Below are positions 11,307-21,881 of a stretch of DNA of 64,000 nt, one piece after another. The notes beneath the pieces are model-generated. The model saw only the letters and a program-made list of their open reading frames with translations. It was not told where the DNA came from and did no database searches. Origin of the DNA: an uncultured Spirochaetota bacterium (GTDB lineage: Bacteria > Spirochaetota > Spirochaetia > SZUA-6 > Fen-1364); the NCBI GenBank assembly GCA_963734545.1, contig CAVTHO010000004.1:96001-160000 (forward strand), given 5' to 3'. The translations under genes were made by a program, and so were the position numbers. The stretch's first letter is position 1. Every line of letters starts with the position of its first letter.

Positions 11307-12266
11307 CTACTGGACGATAGTCGCGTTCTTTATCAACGCGGGCTTAAAGACGATTCCCGCCGCGCTGGCAAGCTTCACATTCAGCTGAAATTTCGTCTGC
11401 TTGTTCTGCGTCGACGGAATACTGGACGGGGCAGCCCCGCCGAGGATTCTCAGGGCCGTCTGGGCGCCCCACACTCCGAACTCCTCAGGAGGCTTTACCA
11501 TGCCGATCATGGCGAAGGGCATCACGTAGCCGTTGATGGTGCCGGTCGGGATTTTCGTCACCGAGCCCACCAGGCTGGCGGCTTCCTGCGCGTCCCATCC
11601 CTTGATGGCGGCGTTGTTGCCGAAGAAGATCGCATCGACGGATCCGGCCATTTCCTTGTACGCGACCTTCCAGTCGGCGAAGGTCGTGACGAACTTCTCC
11701 GAAGCGAACTCGAGGTTGAAAAGCAACTTGTAGTATTTCAACTCCTTGCGCTCGGTTTCGCTGTCGCCCGTGATGAACCCGACCTTCCTGCCCTTTGCGT
11801 ATTCAAGAAGCCGCGCGACCAGTTCCTTGACATGCGACACCTCGATCATGCCGGTCGTGTTCGTGTAGGGCATGCCATAGATGCTCGCGTCCCAGTTGAG
11901 CCCCAGGTGAACGACAGGCAGTGCGGCATCCTTGAAGTAGGGCATGATGACGAGCCGCGTCGCGTTGTCGTCCGAGGCGATGACGACGTCAGGCCTGGTC
12001 TTTTCGATGTAAGCCTTGGCGTTGAGCGCCGCCTGTTTCGCAAAGTCCGCCGACGGGTTGTTCTTCGTGTCCATGTGCAGGACGTCGAACGTCACGCCGC
12101 TGCCTTTCAGACCCGCGGTGATGCCGTCGAGGATCCCCGCGCTCCATGCGTAGTCGCTGTTGTAGGAGTCCAGGTAAAGCACCTTTTTTCCCGTGGCTTT
12201 CTGCCCGAAAAGCGCTGCGGCCGCGATGGCGAACACCGCGACAACCAGAACCAGTTTCCGATTCAT
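11307..12266 (-). CDS. Orphan ABC-type substrate-binding protein
   Basis: Signal peptide, KVLYLDSYNSDYAWS, PDVVIASDDNA, EEFGVWGAQTALRILGG..PSSIP, VNxKLA-like end. 15 bp upstream of the MCP gene. Confidence 0.85.
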   Translation of the reverse strand: MNRKLVLVVAVFAIAAAALFGQKATGKKVLYLDSYNSDYAWSAGILDGITAGLKGSGVTFDVLHMDTKNNPSADFAKQAALNAKAYIEKTRPDVVIASDDNATRLVIMPYFKDAALPVVHLGLNWDASIYGMPYTNTTGMIEVSHVKELVARLLEYAKGRKVGFITGDSETERKELKYYKLLFNLEFASEKFVTTFADWKVAYKEMAGSVDAIFFGNNAAIKGWDAQEAASLVGSVTKIPTGTINGYVMPFAMIGMVKPPEEFGVWGAQTALRILGGAAPSSIPSTQNKQTKFQLNVKLASAAGIVFKPALIKNATIVQ

Positions 12267-12304
12267 ATGTTCCCTCCAAACTGAAATATCAGTATCTCCT
12301 TAAT

Positions 12305-12320
12305 AGCAAATTGCATGCCA
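12305..12320 (-). promoter_or_regulatory. Sigma54 (-24/-12) promoter of the SBP-MCP operon
   Basis: Minus strand TGGCATGCAATTTGCT, matching the TGGCAC-N5-TTGCW spacing. Confidence 0.8.
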
Positions 12321-12447
12321 GTTACAAAACAATCTTTGTTATCATAAGAAATGGCAAAAAAAGTGCTGAAAACTACCGTTTCTGATGAGCGTAGACCCGT
12401 AATGTCTATAATCTAGTATTGGACAGGGTGTGTGAGGAGGGCGGAAA

Positions 12448-12485
12448 TGTATCAAAAATGGAACAGTATGGTACGTTTCGGAACA
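12448..12485. promoter_or_regulatory. Candidate enhancer-binding-protein sites (UAS)
   Basis: TGT-N12-ACA and a second site, both ending GGAACA 20 bp apart, about 130-165 bp upstream of the sigma54 promoter. Confidence 0.45.
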
Positions 12486-12491
12486 AACCGG

Positions 12492-12525
12492 CGCGCCGCC
12501 CCGGGCATTTGCCCGGGGCAGCGCG
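12492..12525. terminator. GC hairpin downstream of the second MCP gene
   Basis: GCCCCGGGCA-TT-TGCCCGGGGC with flanking CGCG pairing. Confidence 0.5.
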
Positions 12526-12556
12526 GAGTCCTCACAATTGCGAGTTCTCTATCGGC

Positions 12557-14110
12557 CTATTCCTCGAGGTTGAACTGCTTCACGAGATCCTTGAGCGTGC
12601 CGGCGAGATCTGTGAGCTCTTCGTTTGCCACCGCCATCCGTTCGGCAGCCTCGGCGGCTTTCTGCGTGAGACCAGCCGCGCTCTCGATGGCAATGGCCAC
12701 CTGGCGCGCACCGGCCGTCTGTTCCTCGGTGGCGACCGAAATGCCCTGGCTCAACGTACTGATGGCGTCAGTGGATTCGAGAACGCCCCCGATGGCGCCG
12801 CTCTGCCGCGAGAGGTCGTTTGCCACCGAGGCAACCAGCTCGTCGGTCTTCCTGGCGCCGGCGATGATCGCGTTCATCGAGTCCAGTGCCGCGTGCGCTA
12901 TCTCCACGCCCGCTGCAGTCGTCTTTCCGCTCTCACGGATGAGCGTATCGATCTCCTGCGTGCTCGCGGAGCTGCGAGTAGCGAGCTTCGCCACCTCGTC
13001 CGCCACCACGGCGAACCCGCGCCCATGTTCCCCGGCACGCGCTGCCTCTATTGCCGCGTTGAGAGCGAGAAGGTTCGACTGGTCGGCGATCTCCGAGATG
13101 GTGGTGACGATGCCGGAAATGCGCTGCGCGCTGGCGGCAATGGTCTGAATTGCATCGACGGTCCTTTTCACCGCCTCGCCGCCCGCCTGCGCGCTCTCCA
13201 TGGACGTCCGCGTGGCGCCGGACACCTCCGTGAGAAACAGAGAGACTTTCCGCACGGTTCCCTCCACCTGTTTCATGTCACCGCTGGTCTTCTGGAGGCC
13301 GGCTGCCTGACTCTGCGCTCTCTGTGAGACTGCTTCCACGCTCGATGTGAGCTCCTCGACGGCGGCGCTCGTTTCCTCGAGTGCAGCCGCCTGAGTGCGC
13401 GAATCCTCGGAGAGGTCACGCGCGCTCTCGAGCATGGTGGCGCACTTCGAGAATACCGAATCCGAGGCAGTGCGCACGCCCTGGGCGACCTCCCGCAGCT
13501 TGCCCGCCAGCTCCTCCCGCTTGGCCGACTGTTCGGCGATCTTCTGTATGGTTCTTGCATTTATACGCAGGATGAGGAAAGCAATGACGCAGAGGATGAG
13601 GTAGATGACGCCATTCGACACCACGTCGCTCGTCATGGTCGCCTGGCCGGCCTCTCGGGCTGCAGGGAGGAGCCTCGCCATCCACACCAGGAAAATCACC
13701 GCGAGGCCGGAAATGCCCGTGAGCAATGTGTGAATGGGCCGGTAGCCCACGAGTGCCGCAAGAATGACCGGGGCAATCATGTAGTAGCTGATCTTCGCCA
13801 TGTAATCCCGGGTCGGATCCGCCGGCGTGGCGGAAATGAATGCGAGCAGGACAAAAACGACCGTCACGAAGATGTTGGCGGAGATCCTGTAGCGCCCGAG
13901 AAAAATGCTCGCCAGGCAGGAGCCGATGGCAAGGAGAAACCCGCCCTCGGCGAAAAACTGGGCCATGTTGCCGTCGCGGTAGTCCGTCACCATGACGGCG
14001 GGAACAGTGACAAGCAAGAGCAAGCCGAGGACGAGGAGGATTCTCACCTTCTCCTGGATCTCGAAAGATTCCTTCGCAAAACGCTGAAATATTCCCTGTG
14101 TGAGCTTCAT
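12557..14110 (-). CDS. Methyl-accepting chemotaxis protein with multi-TM sensor
   Basis: [36 protein letters not shown] and about six N-terminal TM helices. ATG 14110 (MKLTQG). Confidence 0.93.
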   Translation of the reverse strand: MKLTQGIFQRFAKESFEIQEKVRILLVLGLLLLVTVPAVMVTDYRDGNMAQFFAEGGFLLAIGSCLASIFLGRYRISANIFVTVVFVLLAFISATPADPTRDYMAKISYYMIAPVILAALVGYRPIHTLLTGISGLAVIFLVWMARLLPAAREAGQATMTSDVVSNGVIYLILCVIAFLILRINARTIQKIAEQSAKREELAGKLREVAQGVRTASDSVFSKCATMLESARDLSEDSRTQAAALEETSAAVEELTSSVEAVSQRAQSQAAGLQKTSGDMKQVEGTVRKVSLFLTEVSGATRTSMESAQAGGEAVKRTVDAIQTIAASAQRISGIVTTISEIADQSNLLALNAAIEAARAGEHGRGFAVVADEVAKLATRSSASTQEIDTLIRESGKTTAAGVEIAHAALDSMNAIIAGARKTDELVASVANDLSRQSGAIGGVLESTDAISTLSQGISVATEEQTAGARQVAIAIESAAGLTQKAAEAAERMAVANEELTDLAGTLKDLVKQFNLEE

Positions 14111-14121
14111 GACAAGTACCA

Positions 14122-14137
14122 AGCAAAATGCGGGCCA
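14122..14137 (-). promoter_or_regulatory. Sigma54 (-24/-12) promoter of the second MCP gene
   Basis: Minus strand TGGCCCGCATTTTGCT. Confidence 0.75.
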
Positions 14138-14200
14138 ACCTGGCCCGGTCGTCACGAAACGGGAGAAAGCTGCGGAAAATCCCTGTGAAAAGGCCGATTT

Positions 14201-14641
14201 TCACCAGTTGGCGATAAGTGCGGCAGGGGGCTGTTTTCGCAAACCCCTGCTACATTTTGCGTCACCCGTGCATTTTGTTTCAGGGGCGGGCGCGACCGGG
14301 AAGCTGAAATGCCATCGACGGCGGCAGAGCACCGGATCATGCTTCGCGTAGTCTGAAAACTTTGCCCACGCGTCCTGGTTGGTGCCCTGAAGAGGCGGGC
14401 CGCCGGCTTCGAGGATGAGGCGGATGCGAAATCCGTAGACAAGCTCGCTGTCGGCAAGGTGAGCCAGGATCTCCGTGACAGACCACTTGTCCGTGGCGGG
14501 ACGCTGCGCCAGTTTCTTCCTCGAGACGCCCTTGACCAGCCGGGCAATCTGCCGCGGAGTGGCGGCAAGGACTTCCATCGGCTCCTTTCCCTCGAGGTAG
14601 CCGAGGATTCTCTGGGTGTATTGCTGCGGTGTTTCCTGCAT
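14201..14641 (-). pseudogene. DinB/YfiT-family protein, C-terminally truncated
   Basis: RPATDKWSVTEILAHLADSE..YGFRIR..DQDAW-like motif. Family-like sequence stops near 14325 and the C-terminal H..H helix is missing. Confidence 0.65.
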
Positions 14642-14673
14642 GACAGGTATCCCTCCTTTGATAATCTCCAAGG

Positions 14674-14990
14674 TCAGCCGGCAGGTGTGAGAATCCCGGT
14701 CGGCAACCGCCCCAGGGGGAAAAGCACGTGCGCCTTCACGCGCGCTTTCGTGCGGATCTCCAGGCGCATTGTCGCTGTCCGAAGGGCCTCGACGACGATC
14801 CAGCCTCTTCCCGTGAAAGTCACCTCCTGCCCGGGGGCGAGCACGGAGTCCTCCCGACGACCACTGCGGTCACCCACAGCCTGCCCGCGACGCAGGAAAT
14901 GCGGCACGCCCTGCCCCTGAGTCTGAGCGAGGCGAGCTCACCACGCGCCAGAACGAGTGTTGACGGATTCATCTCGAGCAAGTTACGCAT
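14674..14990 (-). CDS. DUF2917-like small cupin protein, frameshifted near 14865
   Basis: RISCVAGRLWVT in one frame continues as GRREDSVLAPGQEVTF..G.IVVEAL in another. Confidence 0.7.
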
Positions 14991-15074
14991 CTGCTCTCCT
15001 CTCGAGATGAAGAAAGCAAATACGGGGGAACGAAGCAACCCGGTTCTTGCTGGCCGCAGCCCGAGCGGCAGATC

Positions 15075-15518
15075 CTAGTCTGCCGGCTCGAGGACGATAT
15101 CGAACGTGCCGGTCGCGGTTCCTGCGCCCGGAAAAACTTCCGTCTGGATGGGCAGGAAAGCGTCCGCGGCGACGTTCATGTGAATGTGCGGCGGGGGACC
15201 GCCGGAAGAGGCGGGGAAAGGACTCTGAAACCGGTACCGGCCGTTCCTGTCCGCAACAACCGTTCCCCGGAGCTTGTCCGTATACCCTTTGGGGCCTGCC
15301 AGCCAGAATTCGACCGTCGCACCTGGAATGGGCAGGCAATCGCCAGACTCGCGGATGGTACCCGTGAGAACGAATCCGGACCCCACATTGGCCCGTTTGG
15401 GCGCGGTGGGAGCGTAGGACAGGTCCAGAGTACCGCCCGGAGTCGGCTTACACTGGGCCACAACAGGGCCGGCGGCCAGAACGACAAAGACCACGCACAG
15501 AAAAAGCGCACGCTGCAC
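15075..15518 (-). CDS. Exported intradiol ring-cleavage dioxygenase-like protein
   Basis: Signal peptide, LTGTIRESGDCLPIPGATVEFW.A...G.Y, LRG...DRNGRYRF, PHIH, FDIVL. Confidence 0.75.
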   Translation of the reverse strand: MQRALFLCVVFVVLAAGPVVAQCKPTPGGTLDLSYAPTAPKRANVGSGFVLTGTIRESGDCLPIPGATVEFWLAGPKGYTDKLRGTVVADRNGRYRFQSPFPASSGGPPPHIHMNVAADAFLPIQTEVFPGAGTATGTFDIVLEPAD

Positions 15519-15690
15519 GGTGACACCTCCCGACCTCGATACGGCGTCTTGCAGTCTTCAATATACTCAACGCGAATGCAGGCGGCACGTACGCAGCACC
15601 CTGTTGCGGCAGGGGTGACCCGGGCAGGGGCTCGGTAGCAATGACGTCTCGAAGTGGTGTTCCATGTATGCATGCTGAAAGGAGGCAGGG

Positions 15691-15900
15691 GTGGAACAAC
15701 GGAAGAGCCTGAGGCGTTCCCGCGCCAACAGGATGATCGGCGGAGTGGTGGGCGGGCTGGCGGAATACATGGGGATGGACCCTGTGCTGGCGCGGGTCCT
15801 GTATATCCTCATTTCCGTGTTCTCCGCGGCGTTCCCCGGCATCCTGGTCTACATAGTTCTCTGGATCGTGATACCGGAGGAGCAGGTGAGCTCTTCCTGA
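15691..15900 (+). CDS. pspC: PspC domain protein
   Basis: LRRSRANRMIGGVVGGLAEY.G.DPVLARV...YIVLWIVIPEE. Confidence 0.85.
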   Translation: MEQRKSLRRSRANRMIGGVVGGLAEYMGMDPVLARVLYILISVFSAAFPGILVYIVLWIVIPEEQVSSS

Positions 15901-15925
15901 CCCCTGCCCCTGGCAGGCGGCCGGT

Positions 15926-18612
15926 TCAGGCCTGAATGCCCCGGACCGCAGCCTGGCTCACGTACGCCGTGAGCCTCGAGCTCTCCGCCTGGCGCAGGCG
16001 CACGTTCACGCTCAGCCTCTCGAGCATCTGGGCCACTGCCATGTCACCCTGGGGTACCCGCGTCCGGGCGAAAAACTGCTCGACCTCGGCAGCGAGCTCC
16101 GGAGTGTCCAGGGCGGAGCACCCCTCGATCATGCGCACCGTCCCCGATGCGGGGAACTTCCTCAGTATCTTGCCCCAGTTCTCACGGATGGCATCCCATG
16201 CCGCCCTGCCGGCATGCTCGGTCAGCAGGTAAGAGCCGAGAATGTAGGGGGCGTCATCCGTCTTCACCTCGCTCAGCATCATTTCGATTGCCGCGCTGAA
16301 CAGCGCGCGCTCACGGAACTCGCCAAGGGCCCGCAGGAAGCGCAGCTTCTCCTGGTCAGTGGCGGCGCCGCGGGAAAGAGCCAGGAACTCGTCGAAACGC
16401 GCCCTGCCCCCTGTGTGCGCGAGGGTCGAAACGAGTGCGGGAACGACGTTGGGGTCAACCGAGCCGCGGTCCTTCTTCCAGGAAGTAAAGAGTCCTCCTG
16501 CAGCGGACTGCACCTCCGCGTCCTCCCCCACCGTGCCGAGCAGCGCCGCGAGAGAGCCGCGCAGCTCCCGGGCAGCGGTCGACTCGTCCGCCTTCGGCGC
16601 CCAGCCGAGATTCCGGAACACCGGCCTGACGAGATGGCGGATGAGCTTCTTGAACGCGGCTCGATCCTCACCGGACGTGATGCCGTGGAGCGCCTGGAGC
16701 GAGCCTCCTATGATGCTCCAGACACTCGGGTCTTCTTCCCTGGAAAGCATTCGTACGAGATCCAGGTATGCGTCGGAGCCCAGCTTCTGCGCGCGTACGA
16801 ACGCCCACGAGTCATTGACAAGGTTGAAGCGCTCGATCACCTCCAGTCTTTCAAATGGCGCGGCAAGGAGGCCGGACAGCAGCTCCGGCGCGTAACGCAC
16901 ACGGTAGAAGCCCGAGCCGCCCGCGTTTGCGGCCACGTACCGGAACCCTTCCTGCAGGGGGACCTCCTGCTCCCTCTCGGCGAAAATGCGCTTCTCCAGC
17001 CGTGACAGTTCCGTCCTCCGTGGCGTAGCGAAGCTGGAGCGGGATCGGCCAGAGCTGGCCAGCGTGGCTCTCCCTGCCCAGGAAGGCAAACCGTTCCTGG
17101 GAGAGCCTGATGAAGCCGTGTCTGTTCGACGGAGAGACCGTCACGACGGGGTGGCCATCCGTGAGAAACCACGCGTCCATGATCTGCCGAACGGGAACGT
17201 CGAGGCCCGCCTGCCGGGCGCCTTCCTCCAGGGCATCCCACAGGTCGGTGACCTCCGCGTTTCCGTGGCTGTAGCGCGTCAGATAGACGTGCGCGCCGGC
17301 ATAGAACGGAGCGGCGCCCGCGAACTGATGAATCTGGAACTCGACGCTCCCCCCCTTCTCGTACGTGATCTTGTCGAATCGCTGTTCCACTTCATCGGGG
17401 TGACCAACGGGCGCCCAGCAGGGGTGCGTGCTGTTGAGCGAGTCCAGGGCAAATGCCGCTGCCCGGTGCAGCCCGAAGGAGTTGAAGATGCGCCATTCCG
17501 GCTGGAAGTCCGCCATGACGAGATAGGCGAATATGGTGGCGTTGGACTCGTTGAGCGGAAGACCGTCCCACCAGGCCATGGTGACAAGGTTGCCGAACCA
17601 CATGTGCGCCAGCTCATGGAAGACGACCTCGGCAACGCGCTGCAGCTCTGCGACGGTTGCATGCGGCTCGTCAACAAGGAGCGCCGTGGCGCGGTACGTG
17701 ATGAGCCCGGTATTCTCCATCGCCCCCGAGCGGAACTCGGGGATCGCGATCATGTCGATCTTGTCCCCGCCGAAGTAGGGAACGCCGAGCGTGTGCTCGT
17801 ACCATTCCACGCCATATGCGGCGCATTTCAATGCGTAGCTCTTGAGCGCGTTCTTCCCCGGCACGGACCAGATGCGAAGCTCTTTGCCGTTGGCCCACGC
17901 GGGCTCGGAGCTTTCAAACTCCCCGATGCACCAGGCAAGCAGGTACGTGGACATCCGGGGCGGTCGTCGCAAATTCGACGGTCTTCCTTCCATTCTCCAC
18001 TCTCTCCGACGTGACGCGCATGTTGGAGAGCGCCGTCAGTTGTCCATCGATGACGAACTTGACGGCATAGGTAGCCTTGGCGGCCGGCTCATCCCAGCAG
18101 GGAAAGGCGCGGCGCGCGTGGGTCGCCTCGAATTGCGTCGTGGCCACCCAGTGGTCGATCCTGTTGTCATCCGTCCACTTGCTCCTGTAGAAGCCCTCGA
18201 GGCCTGGCTGCACCAGGCTGCCCTCGTATTCGGCAGTGAGCTTCCAGACGCCCTTCCCGAGCGTCTCATCGAAGGAGAACTCGGCCGTCTGGGACTTTTC
18301 ATCGAGCGCGGCCGCGCTTGCGAATTGCTCTTCGCGTGCCTCTCCTGTCACAGGGTCGACAAAGCTCACGCGCGCCTGCGTCTTGACCGCCTCATATCGG
18401 CGCCCCTGGCTGTCGACCATCTGCGCCCTGGTGATTTTCAGCCCGAGGGAGTGCACCGTGATGCGATCAACCGGCTCGCGCACCTCCACATCCACTGCAA
18501 CGCGGCCGCTGAAACGGAATGATCCGAAATCGGGCCTCATCAGGACGTCGTAGTGACGGGGCACCAGGCTCTTGGGAAGCTGATATTGAGACACGCCATT
18601 GCGCTCGTTCAT
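15926..18612 (-). CDS. pepN: M1 aminopeptidase N with ERAP1-like C-terminal domain; two frameshifts (about 17960 and 17005)
   Basis: TQFEATHARRAFPCWDEP, MSTYLLA, GAMENTGL, HELAHMWFGNLVT..WW...LNE and YEKGGSV spread over three overlapping ORFs. Confidence 0.9.
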
Positions 18613-18694
18613 TGAAGACTTCCTTTCTGCAAACACTCTCGTCAGTAATATGGAACATCGAGCGAAGCGCGGCTACTGAAAGCGCAACGCAGCC

Positions 18695-19681
18695 GTGAAG
18701 GAGTTTGCCGGAAGGTTCCAGAATCCGTTCCTTCGCAATGCGGTCCGGTTCATGATCGACTCCCCCGGCTGGCCGATGATTGACTACCCTCTCCTTGGAT
18801 TGTCGGGATTCCTTGCACCCTCCACGCTGGGAGCCGGCGTCCCGATTGGCGGGTCGCAGCAGGTAGTGTACAAGATTGCCGAGCGCTACGGCACATTGGG
18901 CGGCGAAGTCCGGTACCGGACCCGGGTCAAGGATCTCATCATCGAGAATGATTGCGCCGTTGGCGTGCGTCTCGAGGACGGCAGCGAGCAGCGGGCGGAC
19001 CTGGTGGTCTGGGCCGGCGACGGACATACGCTGATCTTCGACATCCTCGGCGGGCGCTACATCAACGATGACATTCGCGCGATGTACGAGAAGTGGATTC
19101 CAGTGAAGCCGCTGGTCCATGTCTGCATCGGCCTCAACCGGGACATGTCGAAGGACCCGAACCGCATCCTCTTCGAGATTGAGAAGCCCATCAGTATTGC
19201 GGGAGAAGAGTACAAGTGGCTGTGCTTTCTGCATCACTCATTCGACCCGACCATGGCCCCAGTCGGTAAGTCCGCCGTGGAGGTCTGGTTCGCCACGAAG
19301 TATGATTACTGGCAGGAGCTCTCCAAAGACCGCGCGCGCTACGAGGCCGAGAAAAAGCGAATCGCCGATGCCACGATTGCCGAGCTGGATAAGCGCTTTC
19401 CCGGGTTTGCGTCCCAGGTGGAAGTCGTGGATGTGCCGACGCCGGCCACCTATTACCGCTACACGGGCAACTGGCAGGGCTCGCCGGACGGTTGGTATAT
19501 CACCGCGCAGACCATGAGGCAGAACCCGCTGCGGGCGCTGCCCGGCCTGGCAAATCTCCGGATGGTTGGCCAGTGGACCGCGCCGTTTACCGGCACGGTC
19601 ATAGGCGCCCTGTCCGGAAGACAGGCTATTCAGCTGCTCTGTCGGCAGGACCAGAAGGGGTTTGTGACGACGGTACCGTAG
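18695..19681 (+). pseudogene. Phytoene desaturase-like FAD oxidoreductase lacking its N-terminal Rossmann domain
   Basis: PIGGSQ, VDVPTPATYYRYTGNWQGS and MVGQWT motifs present. No GxGxxG dinucleotide-binding start and no SD. Confidence 0.7.
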
Positions 19682-20690
19682 ATGTACTCCTCTGCGCCCG
19701 GCGCCACGCGCCAGGCGTCACGCCCACCATTCGCTTGAACGCGCGGGAGAAGGCCGCCTCGCTTTCGTAACCCACATCGAGTGCGATATCGAGGATCTTG
19801 GCGTCGGAGTCGCGCAGCCGGCCCGCCGCGAGCTGCATGCGCCACTGCCCCAGGTACTGCATGGGCGGCACGGCGAGGAATTGGACGAAGCGTTCGTGCA
19901 GGATCGAGCGCGACAGGCCGCACTCCTCTCCCAGCCGCTCAAGGGTCCAGGTCTCACCGGGCCGCTCGTGCAGCAGCGCCAGGGCGCGGCCGACGCCCGG
20001 GTCGCGCATCCCGGCCAGCCAGCCCGTCTGCCCGGGGGGCAGCCCGTCCAGGTACCGGCGCAGCACTTCGACGAACATCATCTCGCTCATGCGCTCGAGC
20101 ACGGCCTCGCCGCCGGGCCGACGCCGGTTCGACTCGTCGACCGCGGTGTCCAGGAGGTGTCCGATCCAGGTCTGGCCGCCCGCGGCAATGCCCGGCATGC
20201 GCAGTATGCGCGGCAGCGCCGCCAGCAGGGGGTTGAAGGGGCGCGCGTCGAAAGCCAGGAAGCCGCACACGATGGTGGTGTGATCGCGGCCGCCGCCGTC
20301 CAGCCGCGCGGTGGTGCCGCCCTGGCCGCCGATGCTTATCGAGAACGGCAGTTGAGGAGGGCGAGGCGCGAAGTAGATGCCGATATCTTCCTTCCGGCCC
20401 CTGAGGCCGGGCGCGCTCGAGATGACCTGCGCGTCCCCGCGAGGAAAGAGGATCACGTCCCCTTCCTCGAGGCGCACCGGCGGCTCGCCGACGATAGCAG
20501 CCCAGCAGGAACCGCGGGCAATGCAGTGGAAAGCTATCATGGCATCGGTTCCCGGCATGATCGCGGGAATAATCTGACTTGCAGGCGGTGCCTCCGCCAC
20601 CCAGGGGTCAGCGGCATCGAGGTAGAAGAAGACTGCTCCGCGCAGGCGCACGGCGCGCAACAGGTCGGACAGAACGTCACCGCTCATCAC
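19626..20690 (-). CDS. AraC-family regulator (cupin N-terminal domain)
   Basis: DVLSDLLRAVRL, WTLERL...GLSRS, YLGQWRMQLA, VGYESEAAFSRAFKR. Confidence 0.95.
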   Translation of the reverse strand: MMSGDVLSDLLRAVRLRGAVFFYLDAADPWVAEAPPASQIIPAIMPGTDAMIAFHCIARGSCWAAIVGEPPVRLEEGDVILFPRGDAQVISSAPGLRGRKEDIGIYFAPRPPQLPFSISIGGQGGTTARLDGGGRDHTTIVCGFLAFDARPFNPLLAALPRILRMPGIAAGGQTWIGHLLDTAVDESNRRRPGGEAVLERMSEMMFVEVLRRYLDGLPPGQTGWLAGMRDPGVGRALALLHERPGETWTLERLGEECGLSRSILHERFVQFLAVPPMQYLGQWRMQLAAGRLRDSDAKILDIALDVGYESEAAFSRAFKRMVGVTPGAWRRAQRSTSTVPSSQTPSGPADRAAE

Positions 20691-20848
20691 ATCCCCCCAA
20701 CGGATCCAGATCGGCGGTTCGCGAAGTGCCGCGGCGCTTTTCCGGACGATTGGTCAAATCTTCCCGACGCCCGGTGAAGCCTCGATCTCCCTGCGGGAGG
20801 TACCGTCTCACGCAGATGGTCTTACTCAAACAGGAAAGGAGATCGACC

Positions 20849-21676
20849 ATGAGTACAGTACTAAATTCCGTTGCTCCCGACTACGAAGCCATCAAGACGC
20901 GCCAGCAGGCAACCTGGGCGTCCGGTGACTTCGGCCATATCGGGACGCGGCTTCAGATAGTGGGCGAGTCGCTGTGCGAGGCCGTTGACCTGCGCTCCTC
21001 GGACAAGGTCCTTGACGTGGCAGCGGGAAACGGCAACGCGTCGCTTGCCGCGGCACGCCGCTACGCGGACGTCACGGCCACGGACTATGTCCCTGCGCTC
21101 CTGGATCAGGCAAAGCGCCGCGCCGAGGCCGATGGGCTGCCCCTCCGGACCCACGTTGCCGACGCTGAAAACCTGCCGTTCGCGGACGGCGAGTTCGACG
21201 TCGTGCTCTCGACCTACGGCGTGATGTTCGCCCCTGATCAGAAGCGGGCCGCTGCGGAGCTGGTACGGGTGACGAAGCCCGGAGGCCGCATCGGTCTGGC
21301 CAACTGGACGCCGGAAGGGTTCATTGGCCAGTTGTTTCGCGTCATCGGCCGTTTCGTGCCGCCGCCGGCAGGGCTCACGTCTCCCGCCTCATGGGGAGAT
21401 GAGACGCGACTGGTGGAGCTGTTCGGCCCGCGCGCCCGCGATATCCGCTCGGAGCGCAAGCAGTACGTCTTCCGCTTTCTCTCGGCCGAGCACTGGATCG
21501 AGGTGTTCCGTACCTACTACGGGCCCACGCTCAAAGCCTTCGCGGCGCTCGACGGCGCGGGCCAGAGTGCGCTCCAGGATGCGCTCACCGATCTGCTGGG
21601 CAACTATGACCGCGGCGATGGCCGAGGCCTGGTGGTGCCGGGAGACTACCTGGAGGTAGTCATCGACCGCGCGTGA
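20849..21676 (+). CDS. Class I SAM-dependent methyltransferase
   Basis: VLDVAAGNGNAS, DAENLPF.DGEFDVVLSTYGVMFAPD, LANWTPEG. Divergent from AraC. SD AAAGGAG. Confidence 0.93.
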   Translation: MSTVLNSVAPDYEAIKTRQQATWASGDFGHIGTRLQIVGESLCEAVDLRSSDKVLDVAAGNGNASLAAARRYADVTATDYVPALLDQAKRRAEADGLPLRTHVADAENLPFADGEFDVVLSTYGVMFAPDQKRAAAELVRVTKPGGRIGLANWTPEGFIGQLFRVIGRFVPPPAGLTSPASWGDETRLVELFGPRARDIRSERKQYVFRFLSAEHWIEVFRTYYGPTLKAFAALDGAGQSALQDALTDLLGNYDRGDGRGLVVPGDYLEVVIDRA

Positions 21677-21700
21677 CGCGTGGCACGCGATGATCGTCGG

Positions 21701-21741
21701 CGTCCGTTTCGCCCGTGCGCTCAGGCGGGTCGAAACGGACG
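21701..21741. terminator. Hairpin downstream of the methyltransferase gene
   Basis: CGTCCGTTTCG...CGAAACGGACG, 11-bp perfect arms. Confidence 0.5.
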
Positions 21742-21881
21742 GCTTCTCCCTGAACGCGTGACGTGCCTTTCTCCCACACGAGGATCGTGATATCGTCGAG
21801 GCAGTTGAAAGCTGCCATCGGCGCAAATCAAAATAGCCGCGTAGTCCGCTTGTGACGCCGGACGCGGCAGAGGAGCGACGT

